64,000 bases of DNA. It comes from Candidatus Latescibacterota bacterium. Lineage in GTDB: Bacteria; Latescibacterota; UBA2968; GCA-2709665. Of this stretch, positions 57,301 through 64,000 are shown one piece after another. Within the stretch, counting starts at the first letter, position 1, and every line of letters starts with the position of its first letter. A program made the position numbers and the translations under genes. The notes under the pieces were generated by a model that saw only the letters and a list, made by a program, of their open reading frames with translations, was not told the DNA's origin and did not search any database. The stretch spans positions 5,792,001-5,856,000 of the forward strand of contig OZ241917.1 of assembly GCA_965203805.1 (NCBI GenBank). The letters run 5' to 3'.

Positions 57301-58840
57301 CATCGGGATTGAGTCGGTAGTCGGGGATGAGCGTCGGGTCGTTCAGGGCAATGTCGAGTACGCCGGTAATCAGGCGGATCTGTTTTGCGAGGTTTTCAAA
57401 GTTCATCCCTTCCGGCGTGTCCAGGGGCGTATCGACCCGGAAGCGTGCGTCGTTCAATGTGACCAGGGACAGGGCGAGGGTGCCGGCTTCGAGGACGACT
57501 TCGCCGTCGGTCTTCAGGTTTGCGCCGGGGATGAACATATCCCATGTCATACCGCCGGTGGGGTTGATGCCGTCCAGCAGCGCCTGATTCGGGTCGAGGC
57601 CGAAAGCCGGTGCGATCGCCTGCGAAATGCGGACGAATTCCTTGCCGAACGGTGTGAAGAACCGGTTGTAGTAGAAGTTGCGCGTGCTGTTCCAGACACC
57701 GATCTGAGCGGTCTGGCTCGAGAGGTCCAGGCCAATGAAGAGACGAATATCTATGGGGTCGGTCATCAGGGCGGCGAAGTGCCTTTCCTTTCTGGCGTGG
57801 CGGCCCAGAAAATCGCAGATGCCGCGAAAGCCCAGGTGGTGGGCCGAAGTGGCCAGAAAGAGTACCGTGCGCCCCGGGGGATATCGCTTGAAGTAGTTGA
57901 CCAGTTCCAGAAGGGCGACGGCGCCGCTTGCCATCTCGGCGCCGGGGGCAAGCGCGGGGACGACGGACATGGCGTCGTAGTACGCGTTGATCACGACGAT
58001 CTGTTCCTTCAGGTCCGGATCCGTACCCGGCAGGAAACCCAGGATGTTGTGGGCGGTGTGTTTCTCCCACTCCATTCTCGCCTTCAGTACGATTTCAAGT
58101 TCGCCGCGACGTTCCAGCAGCGTCTTTAAAGCCTGCCCCGACTCTTTGTCGATCCAGAATCGTTCCACGCTGTTCGGCACCTGCAGAAATTTCTGCTCGG
58201 CTTCGGTATAGAACGTTGAATCGGGTTCAATGAAGATGATCTGCCCCGCCCCCAGGGTGGCCGCGTTCAGCCAGTTGTTCCGGGTGTTGAATTCCATGAG
58301 AACGGCCGCGCCTTCGAGCGCGTGACCGTTGAAGTCGGCGAATTCCCCGGTTGCGCCGTAGATCAGTCGCGTGCGGACCCCTTCCCGCGGCAGCGTGGAG
58401 GTCTTGACGAGATTCGGCCAGATCGCGTGGATGGGAAACGTGACATTGTCCGGCAAAAGCGTCAGGCTGCCGCCCCGGTCGACGGGCGAGGTGACGTCGA
58501 ACGGCTCGGCGCGGACGTCCTGGAGACCGGCGTTTTCGAAATTGCGCCGGATGTACCCGGCGGCGGCCGCGTGTCCGGGGTAGCCGGGAACTCGTGACCG
58601 GTGCTCCGTAAAGCGGGCAACGTGCGCCCTCACGCCGGCGTCCGATACGGTATCGAGCACGCGAACCGAAGTCGCGCTCGCTTCGGAAACAGACGCGGGG
58701 GGCGTGGAAACGGGCGCTTCCAGACCCAGCATGGCGGCGAGGTAGGGGTTGACGCGGTCCGGTCCAACCGCCAGGCAGAAGAATGCGGCAGCGGTGAGCG
58801 AGAGCGTCAGGACGAGTCCGATGTTTCGGACGTTATTCAT
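54305..58840 (-). CDS. Large membrane protein: M28-peptidase-like domain fused to MacB/FtsX-type permease
   Basis: SRVPGYPG, INAYYD, APGA; NMKRRKLRT..T; NTMMGSVYER.REI.VYSAVGLAP (FtsX domain); start MNNVR. Confidence 0.75.
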   Translation of the reverse strand: MNNVRNIGLVLTLSLTAAAFFCLAVGPDRVNPYLAAMLGLEAPVSTPPASVSEASATSVRVLDTVSDAGVRAHVARFTEHRSRVPGYPGHAAAAGYIRRNFENAGLQDVRAEPFDVTSPVDRGGSLTLLPDNVTFPIHAIWPNLVKTSTLPREGVRTRLIYGATGEFADFNGHALEGAAVLMEFNTRNNWLNAATLGAGQIIFIEPDSTFYTEAEQKFLQVPNSVERFWIDKESGQALKTLLERRGELEIVLKARMEWEKHTAHNILGFLPGTDPDLKEQIVVINAYYDAMSVVPALAPGAEMASGAVALLELVNYFKRYPPGRTVLFLATSAHHLGFRGICDFLGRHARKERHFAALMTDPIDIRLFIGLDLSSQTAQIGVWNSTRNFYYNRFFTPFGKEFVRISQAIAPAFGLDPNQALLDGINPTGGMTWDMFIPGANLKTDGEVVLEAGTLALSLVTLNDARFRVDTPLDTPEGMNFENLAKQIRLITGVLDIALNDPTLIPDYRLNPDDRMRGLKGFVRTFPRRSIVPDRPKAGAIAALRMGIDKSVKGVRRTYYDLADENGEFYMPGIAERRVSVSAYFQDPETGEITYAPNYGQQARIYRGDFDMDWWISKRNIILFPCIATDFYDTVDPRYLTKLSQISVYGSGNVTPQEYGYAIGFGPTEPVGTLFTRPGERVKVAMRAGGVAAGSGDIGIRFLLLNAQSAENEEIARGTGYPTLTHGSFARTSFLAARDMWTLNEARKQEMQKYAIENQRLNMLHSRTRLHLDRAEAAMSEKRWDVFMKHTRAALGIESRAYPDVKNTQNDVVRGVVFFMALVIPCAFFTERLIITAVDIRRQIAGFIGIFVLIWLFLSNVHPAFEISNPLVVLLAFVILALAAFVISLVFNRFNETMRRLRVPEVLLHETDVGRVSASLAAFQLGIANMKRRKLRTVLTFTTLLLLTFTVLSFTSIKSALEFRRIPIGTEGPYPGMLIRSKFWGPLEDVVYDYAVTHFGESAIAAPRSWYYTREKKIIPVESNNGSAHVLGVLGMTPREPDVTGVHRTLKAGRWFRPGESACILPEKIAELLGVDPGRPEASSVRVFGESLPVIGLIDAGAFSELKDLDEEPLSPADFKLTDEEAIEQMTTQETREKQGLEQPEVEIMPFEHINPDDILIVPYRFLRQVGSPLQSVALRFDAGSDVESYVKEILSRLSVVLFAGLPDPEGRINVSVFSSLGDTSSRGLSHLFIPILIASLIVLNTMMGSVYERFREIGVYSAVGLAPVHVAFLFIAEACVYAVLGTVSGYLLGQGVAKLLLWQDLLSGVSLNYSARSAVASSALVMAVVILSTLYPARQASLMAVPDVSRRWKIPEPDGDDWRFEFPFTVGGNDVFGLCVFLTDYFDSHSGEAMGAFYTDGAQLYGKGSDDERGYAIRTTLWLAPFDLGVSEELRFEAEPTGQFDIYTLTLTLRRRSGEVASWRRVNQGFMNALRKQFLIWRTVDPAEKAAYGEKGMRMLVSDEQESKPV

Positions 58841-58944
58841 AGGGAGTTCACGCCGGGATCTTCCGAATCCCGGCATCCTGTCGGCGGCGGCGATTCAATC
58901 CGTACACCGGGCACGATGAAGCGGGAACCGCCCGTCGCCGTCGA

Positions 58945-60951
58945 TCAGAAGCGATGAACGCTGTGGCCGCGTTCGGGGAACCAGAAGACGTCGATGAACG
59001 CGGAGAGGGCTACGCCCAGTATGTAACCGGCGAGCAGGCCGATAAAAAGCGGGCGGGACTTCCGGTACACGGAGGGACCGCCCATTTTCAACATCACCAG
59101 TTTGACAATCCAGGCCAGCAAAATGGTCATGCTGGTTCGCCGCGCGAGATACGAACCGGAGATGGCCAGTCCGACCGGATGCAGCGGCCACCAGACGAAG
59201 CGATGCCGCAGGAAGATCAGCAGAAGCGTGGCCAGGCCGCCCAGGCCGAAGAACACCATGTAGTCCGGATGTTCCCGGTAAACAGGCAGTTCGGGTTTTT
59301 TCGTAAGGAAGTTCTTGACGGACGTCGCGGTGCCTTCGAAATGTTTGGGGCCCGCCCGCACGATTTCCCAGGAGTTGAAATTGTAGGCGCCGTCCCGGTA
59401 TCCCAGTTGGATCGTGAGCAGAACGCTCGCGACAAAACTGACCAGAAAGGCCAGAACAACGGCATACATGAGACGTCGGCGGCCGCCCCGCACGCCCTCC
59501 GCAACGCGTCCGGCGTGTGCAAGTGCGGGCAGGAACAGCCCTTTGAAGTGGGAGGTGATCCTGGATGAGAACCGGAGGGCGACTCGCGTCGTTTCGTTGA
59601 CGTTCGATGACCCGATGAAAGGCGATACGAGACCCCACGGGCCCGCGGGCACATTGGTGTACGGCATGCCGGTCTCCGCGAGAATCTTGGCCAGGCCGAC
59701 GTATGTGAAGATGACCGCCGGAAGGAGCAAGGCCGCCAGAAGCGGGTCGAAGCCGATGCGTGAAAGCCAGAGCCACATGAAAGCGAGACCCACGAGCATG
59801 GCCACAACCGCCGTACGGCAGGAGAGCGGTTCGTCGCGGTCGTCCATCGGATGGTCCCTGTTCCAGGCCTTGCGGAGTACATCCCTGATGTGGCGTCTGG
59901 CAACCCAGAAAACAGAAGCGGCCAGCATGGCGAACGCGCCCTTGGTCTGCCAGTAGTAGACCCCCCGGTAATAGTATGGCGATATGGCCGTAAACCCCCG
60001 GCGGTGCAGCCAGCCGCCTTCGACGATGAACAGCAGGTCGAAGAACCATATACTGAACAAAACGTCCAGGCTGGCGAAATAAGAGAAAAAGATAGTAAAC
60101 AGACCCAGGAATCCAAAGGCAGGCGGATATTGACGGTCGATCCAGTACCATCTGCCGCGATAGACCGGAAACCGCGGAAAGCCGGGCAGGAAATAATTGA
60201 TGCAGTTCCAGGCGATCATCCCGAAAGCCAGACCGAAGCCGATCCAGAACAGGTAATTCTTCGTGAAATCCGGCAGCGCGAATCTGCCGCTGCCGGGTGC
60301 TTCCGCCATGTGAATCAGCGGCGCCATGGCCGGAAAGGCCAGTCGTTCGTTCTGCACCCATTGTCTGCGAAATACGACGGCGACACAGGCCAGGACCACA
60401 AATGCCGCCATAATGAACGTCGTCCACCAGAGCAGGGGCAGCAGCCACGCGTCCCAGGGGATCTGCGCGCCTTTGGGCGCGCCTTCGAAAAACCAGGTGA
60501 CCGCCTTGTTTTCGTCGGAGGGGATCAGCCACGGATTGATGTACGGATGCAGGTACGTATGCCATTCGTTGACTTCGGTGGCGAAATAATACGGCGTTGC
60601 GATGTATCCGAGCAGATATCCGCTCAGGCCGAAACCCGGTACGGCCGCGCCGACGATGCCCATCGCCAGAATGGTGTGCCATTCCGGCGATGACAGCTTC
60701 CACGGGGAAAATCGTGCGATCAATGCGCCGATGACGATCATCAGCACATACACGATGAGCATCGCCATCGGGACATGGCTGTAGGTCATCAACGAGCCAT
60801 GCACGACGTACCGGAGGTGGATCGCCAGGGCGTCCAGGGCCACGACCAGTACCAGTCCCGAAAGCACGGATCGGACGGTGACGCCGCGGGTTGGTTCAGC
60901 GGATGCCGCTGTCGTTACGAAGGTGCCGGCTGTACGCTCCGGGTTGGCCAT
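58945..60951 (-). CDS. DUF6785/DUF6784-like polytopic membrane protein
   Basis: RRQW..NERL.FP, WWPLHPVG, GG...YRK..PLFIG; paralog of 5527-7494. Confidence 0.7.
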   Translation of the reverse strand: MANPERTAGTFVTTAASAEPTRGVTVRSVLSGLVLVVALDALAIHLRYVVHGSLMTYSHVPMAMLIVYVLMIVIGALIARFSPWKLSSPEWHTILAMGIVGAAVPGFGLSGYLLGYIATPYYFATEVNEWHTYLHPYINPWLIPSDENKAVTWFFEGAPKGAQIPWDAWLLPLLWWTTFIMAAFVVLACVAVVFRRQWVQNERLAFPAMAPLIHMAEAPGSGRFALPDFTKNYLFWIGFGLAFGMIAWNCINYFLPGFPRFPVYRGRWYWIDRQYPPAFGFLGLFTIFFSYFASLDVLFSIWFFDLLFIVEGGWLHRRGFTAISPYYYRGVYYWQTKGAFAMLAASVFWVARRHIRDVLRKAWNRDHPMDDRDEPLSCRTAVVAMLVGLAFMWLWLSRIGFDPLLAALLLPAVIFTYVGLAKILAETGMPYTNVPAGPWGLVSPFIGSSNVNETTRVALRFSSRITSHFKGLFLPALAHAGRVAEGVRGGRRRLMYAVVLAFLVSFVASVLLTIQLGYRDGAYNFNSWEIVRAGPKHFEGTATSVKNFLTKKPELPVYREHPDYMVFFGLGGLATLLLIFLRHRFVWWPLHPVGLAISGSYLARRTSMTILLAWIVKLVMLKMGGPSVYRKSRPLFIGLLAGYILGVALSAFIDVFWFPERGHSVHRF

Positions 60952-61080
60952 GGTTCGGCCTCGTGTTTCAGAGTCTGGGCGTTTTCGAAAGCGGATGGCG
61001 TTCCGGCCGTGTGTTCTGATTCGACCGGTACGCGCGACCTGGCGTCACAGTTCTGCCCATTGCAAATAATCGCAACTGTC

Positions 61081-61109
61081 TTGACATCCAGGTGCCGTTT
61101 TGTTAGATT
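61081..61109 (+). promoter_or_regulatory. Sigma70-type promoter for tRNA-Phe
   Basis: TTGACA-17 nt-TAGATT with extended -10 TG. Confidence 0.65.
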
Positions 61110-61156
61110 TGCGCGTTTGTCGCACAGTTGCAGTTACGCGATCTTCCGTAAGACGG

Positions 61157-61232
<76 letters not shown>

Positions 61233-61262
61233 TTTTTTCTGCAGGATACCCTCGAGGGCGAC

Positions 61263-61442
61263 ATGGCCGTTCCCGAAATCATCGTGAACCGCGACCGGTT
61301 GATTGAACTGGTGCAGGAAGGCCGTACGCCTGAACAAATCGCCGAAATGTTCCGCGTTGACGCCGCCGTTATACGGGAGCTGATCCGCCGTCTGGAGCAG
61401 AACGGGTATTACGACCTTCTTCATGGATCACAAGCGCCTTAG
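61263..61442 (+). CDS. Small (59 aa) helix-turn-helix protein
   Basis: SD-like GAGGG; LIELVQEGRTPEQIAEMFRVDAAVIRELI HTH pattern. Confidence 0.6.
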   Translation: MAVPEIIVNRDRLIELVQEGRTPEQIAEMFRVDAAVIRELIRRLEQNGYYDLLHGSQAP

Positions 61443-61569
61443 CAGTCCGTGATTCCTGTTGCGGAACGGCGCGCGAATCGGACTCTGGAAACGACTGAAG
61501 TGTCCGGCATACACGAAAAGGCGTTCGTCGTTCAAGACGGACGCCTCGTTTTTTGTGCGCTGACTTCTG

Positions 61570-62358
61570 TCAATTGCTCAGTTCTTCAATATCCAATCCT
61601 TCGATCCGTCCTTCCTGAATATCGATTTCATCACGCCTGCGAACCAGTTCCACCTGTCCGTCGCGCAGGTCCACGACGCGGTCGGACGCGACCAGCATCT
61701 TGTGGTCATGCGTGTTGGTGACGATGGTGACCCCGCTCTCCGATTGGAGTCTTTGCAGCAACTCGATGATCTCCTGTCCGGTTTTCAGGTCCAGGTTGCC
61801 GGTGGGTTCGTCCGCGAGAACCAGGTCGGGGTCGTTGGCAATGGCTCGGGCGATGGCCACGCGCTGCTGCTGGCCCCCCGAGAGTTCGTACGGGTTGTGG
61901 CGAAGACGCTCTCCCAGACCCACCAGTGACAGCTTGTGGGCGGCCTTCTCCTCGTATTCCGATTTCTTCATTCCCGAAAAAACCATGGGCAGCGCGACAT
62001 TTTCCAGAGCCGTCATGACCGGGATGAGATTGAAACTCTGGAATATATAGCCGATATTGTGGCACCGGAGGTACGCAATTTGCGACTGGCTGAGGCTTCC
62101 CATTTCGATCGCGTTGACCACGACCGTGCCCTTTGTGGGTCGGTCCAGGGCCCCGACCATATTGAATAGCGTCGTCTTTCCGGAGCCGGAGGGTCCCATA
62201 ATGGAGAGGTATTCGCCCCGGATAACGTCGAGAGAGACGCCGCGAAGCGCGTGGACTTCCTGGTCTCCCATGGCGTAGGTCTTCCAGACGTCGTGCACCT
62301 CAATGATATGATCTTCACTTTCCGGCCCGGCGGATCGGGCATTGGGCGCCGACGCCAT
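61570..62358 (-). CDS. ABC transporter ATP-binding protein (LolD/MacB-type)
   Basis: GPSGSGKT, FQSFNL, LSGGQQQRVAIARA, LADEPTGNLD, THD. Confidence 0.95.
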   Translation of the reverse strand: MASAPNARSAGPESEDHIIEVHDVWKTYAMGDQEVHALRGVSLDVIRGEYLSIMGPSGSGKTTLFNMVGALDRPTKGTVVVNAIEMGSLSQSQIAYLRCHNIGYIFQSFNLIPVMTALENVALPMVFSGMKKSEYEEKAAHKLSLVGLGERLRHNPYELSGGQQQRVAIARAIANDPDLVLADEPTGNLDLKTGQEIIELLQRLQSESGVTIVTNTHDHKMLVASDRVVDLRDGQVELVRRRDEIDIQEGRIEGLDIEELSN

Positions 62359-62420
62359 AGCGGCTTCTCCTTAAAAACAGCTTCCTTATGTTTTGCTTGG
62401 ATTTTGTAGATAGCCCGCGT

Positions 62421-62449
62421 ATGTTAGAGAAAATGAGTGCTTCTGTCAA
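62421..62449 (-). promoter_or_regulatory. Sigma70-type promoter for the ABC ATPase gene
   Basis: Minus strand TTGACA-17 nt-TAACAT. Confidence 0.6.
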
Positions 62450-62527
62450 GCATTTTGTCGAACCCGGGATGACGTGGTACTCTATAGCAAAGCCCGGATT
62501 CAGGTTGGACGCCGGGAGGTGCCGTCA

Positions 62528-63355
62528 ATGAAGCTTGCAGTGTGTAATGAGTTTTTCGAAGGCTGGCAAATCGAACGGGTTTTTGACTATGCCGCGCGGA
62601 TCGGATGCGACGGCGTCGAGATTGCGCCGTTCACCCTGGCGGAGACGGTCCACGACATTTCGCCCGGCAGCAGGCGGGACATTCGCCGGGCTGCCGAAGC
62701 GGCCGGTGTTGAGATCGTGGGTCTGCATTGGCTGCTGGTGAAACCCGCCGGTCTGTACATCAACCACCCGGACAGGCGGGTCCGGCAGCGCACGCAGGAC
62801 TACGTGAAGGCGTTGATAGACTTCTGCGGCGATCTTGGGGGCGAAGTGATGATTCACGGCTCGCCCCAGCAGCGGAATATCCAGGAGGGATGGGACCCCG
62901 GCGACTGTTTCGCCCGGGCTGTCGAACTGTTCGCCGGGTGCTCGGACCTGATGTCCGATCGTGGCGTCACGTATTGCATCGAGCCGTTGACGGATCAGGA
63001 GACCAACTTCGTAACCAGTGTGGGCGAGGCCCTTAAGCTGGTGGAGGCCGTGGGACATCCGAATTTTCAGACGATGGTGGACTGCCGTGCGGCGGCGGCG
63101 GCGGCCGCGTCCCATACGGAAGTGATTGCACGGGCCGGAAGCGCCATGCGGCACGTCCATGTCAACGACCCCAATCTGCGCGGGCCCGGATTCGGGGACC
63201 TTCGGTTCGCGCCGATTCTGAAGGCGCTGAAGGATCGGAGATACAACGGTTACGTATCGGTGGAAGTATTCGATTTCGAACCGGACCCGGAAACGATCGC
63301 CGCGCGCAGCATCGGCTATCTGAAGGGGATTCTCGAAGCGCTTGAGGCGGAATGA
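62528..63355 (+). CDS. Sugar phosphate isomerase/epimerase (xylose isomerase-like TIM barrel)
   Basis: DGVEIAPF, HGSP, CIEPL...ETN, HVHVND, GPG.G, VSVEVF; SD GGGAGG. Confidence 0.88.
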   Translation: MKLAVCNEFFEGWQIERVFDYAARIGCDGVEIAPFTLAETVHDISPGSRRDIRRAAEAAGVEIVGLHWLLVKPAGLYINHPDRRVRQRTQDYVKALIDFCGDLGGEVMIHGSPQQRNIQEGWDPGDCFARAVELFAGCSDLMSDRGVTYCIEPLTDQETNFVTSVGEALKLVEAVGHPNFQTMVDCRAAAAAAASHTEVIARAGSAMRHVHVNDPNLRGPGFGDLRFAPILKALKDRRYNGYVSVEVFDFEPDPETIAARSIGYLKGILEALEAE

Positions 63356-63396
63356 GGGTTCGGGCGGTTATTTCCGGGCCCCGACTCCGCCCGGGA

Positions 63397-64000
63397 TCAG
63401 AAGTCGCCCGTGCCTTCATCGGCGACCGGCGTGAGCCGCAGGACGGTTCCCGGGTTGTTCAGGACGACGTAGATGGCGCCGTCCGGCCCGCTCGCCACGT
63501 CACGTACGCGGCCGGCGTTCTTGAGGATGGTTTCCTGGTAGATCACGCGGTCGTTTTCGATCGCGAGGAGGCGGACCTCCTCAAACGCGAGGGCGCCTAC
63601 GAGCAGCCGGTTCTTCCAGCGCGCGAAACGGTTGCCGCGGTAGAAGTCGATGCCGCACACGGCGATGGAGGGACGCCAGAACAGGACCGGTTGTTCGAGG
63701 CCGGGCTTTCGCTCGAACTCCGAGACCGGGGTGCCGTTGTAGTTCCGGCCGTATGTGATTGCCGGCCATCCGTAGTTGACGCCTGCCCGTATGAGATTGA
63801 TTTCGTCCCCGCCCATGGGCCCGTGCTCGCTCTCCCATAGGGCGCCCGTAACCGGATGAACGGCCAGGCCCTGCGGGTTGCGCTGGCCGAAGCTGAACAC
63901 GGTCGGAAGGGCGCTTTCCGTCTCCAGGAAAGGGTTGTCGGCGGGAATCCGGCCGTCCCGGTGGATGCGGTGGATCTTGCCGCCGGGGTGGCTCAGGTCC
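63397..64000 (-). CDS. PQQ-dependent sugar dehydrogenase (GSDH family), 3' part; 5' end outside the window
   Basis: GKIHRI..DG.IP.DNPF, G.RNPQGL, EHGP.GGDEIN, NYGWP, GRVRDV..GPDG. Confidence 0.9.
   Translation of the reverse strand, partial: DLSHPGGKIHRIHRDGRIPADNPFLETESALPTVFSFGQRNPQGLAVHPVTGALWESEHGPMGGDEINLIRAGVNYGWPAITYGRNYNGTPVSEFERKPGLEQPVLFWRPSIAVCGIDFYRGNRFARWKNRLLVGALAFEEVRLLAIENDRVIYQETILKNAGRVRDVASGPDGAIYVVLNNPGTVLRLTPVADEGTGDF

Noticed and set aside
2222-58129. Long antisense ORFs (e.g. 2222-3748, 11023-12933, 12075-13853, 17822-19357, 52225-54207, 56471-58129)
   Set aside because: Shadow frames opposite well-supported genes in high-GC DNA; no recognisable motifs.

Overview
GC-rich bacterial chromosomal window with no rRNA, CRISPR array, prophage or intact transposase. 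Gene content (dockerin/EF-hand-like DFDGDG..FADF repeat, DUF6785-like membrane proteins, several PhyH dioxygenases, sugar-acid enolases, futalosine pathway) suggests a Latescibacterota/Gemmatimonadota-like organism; this is inference only. A minus-strand housekeeping block (thrS-infC-rpmI-rplT, zapB-zapA-rny-ymdB-xseA-xseB-nadK-recN-mqnE-mqnC-mqnA) sits among carbohydrate and small-molecule catabolic genes, and there is a tRNA-Phe at 61157-61232. The strongest candidate for an undescribed system is a minimal microcompartment-type operon (48719-51654). It encodes a 2-domain and a 4-domain BMC shell protein (2+4 = six different BMC domains, i.e. possibly one fully asymmetric pseudohexamer) plus a DapA-family aldolase with an extra N-terminal domain; no pentamer gene is present. 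Other notable signals: a LexA-type operator filling the promoter spacer of an alternative sigma factor; an orphan promoter-to-terminator small RNA; a short hairpin at the 6S RNA position; a two-copy MITE; a cytochrome c-copper monooxygenase fusion; an orphan MotA/ExbB-type motor cassette; and an uncharacterised M28-FtsX/OPT/DUF6785/ABC transport module with a circularly permuted Ig-like insert. All family assignments come from motif recognition by eye, and start codons are best estimates.
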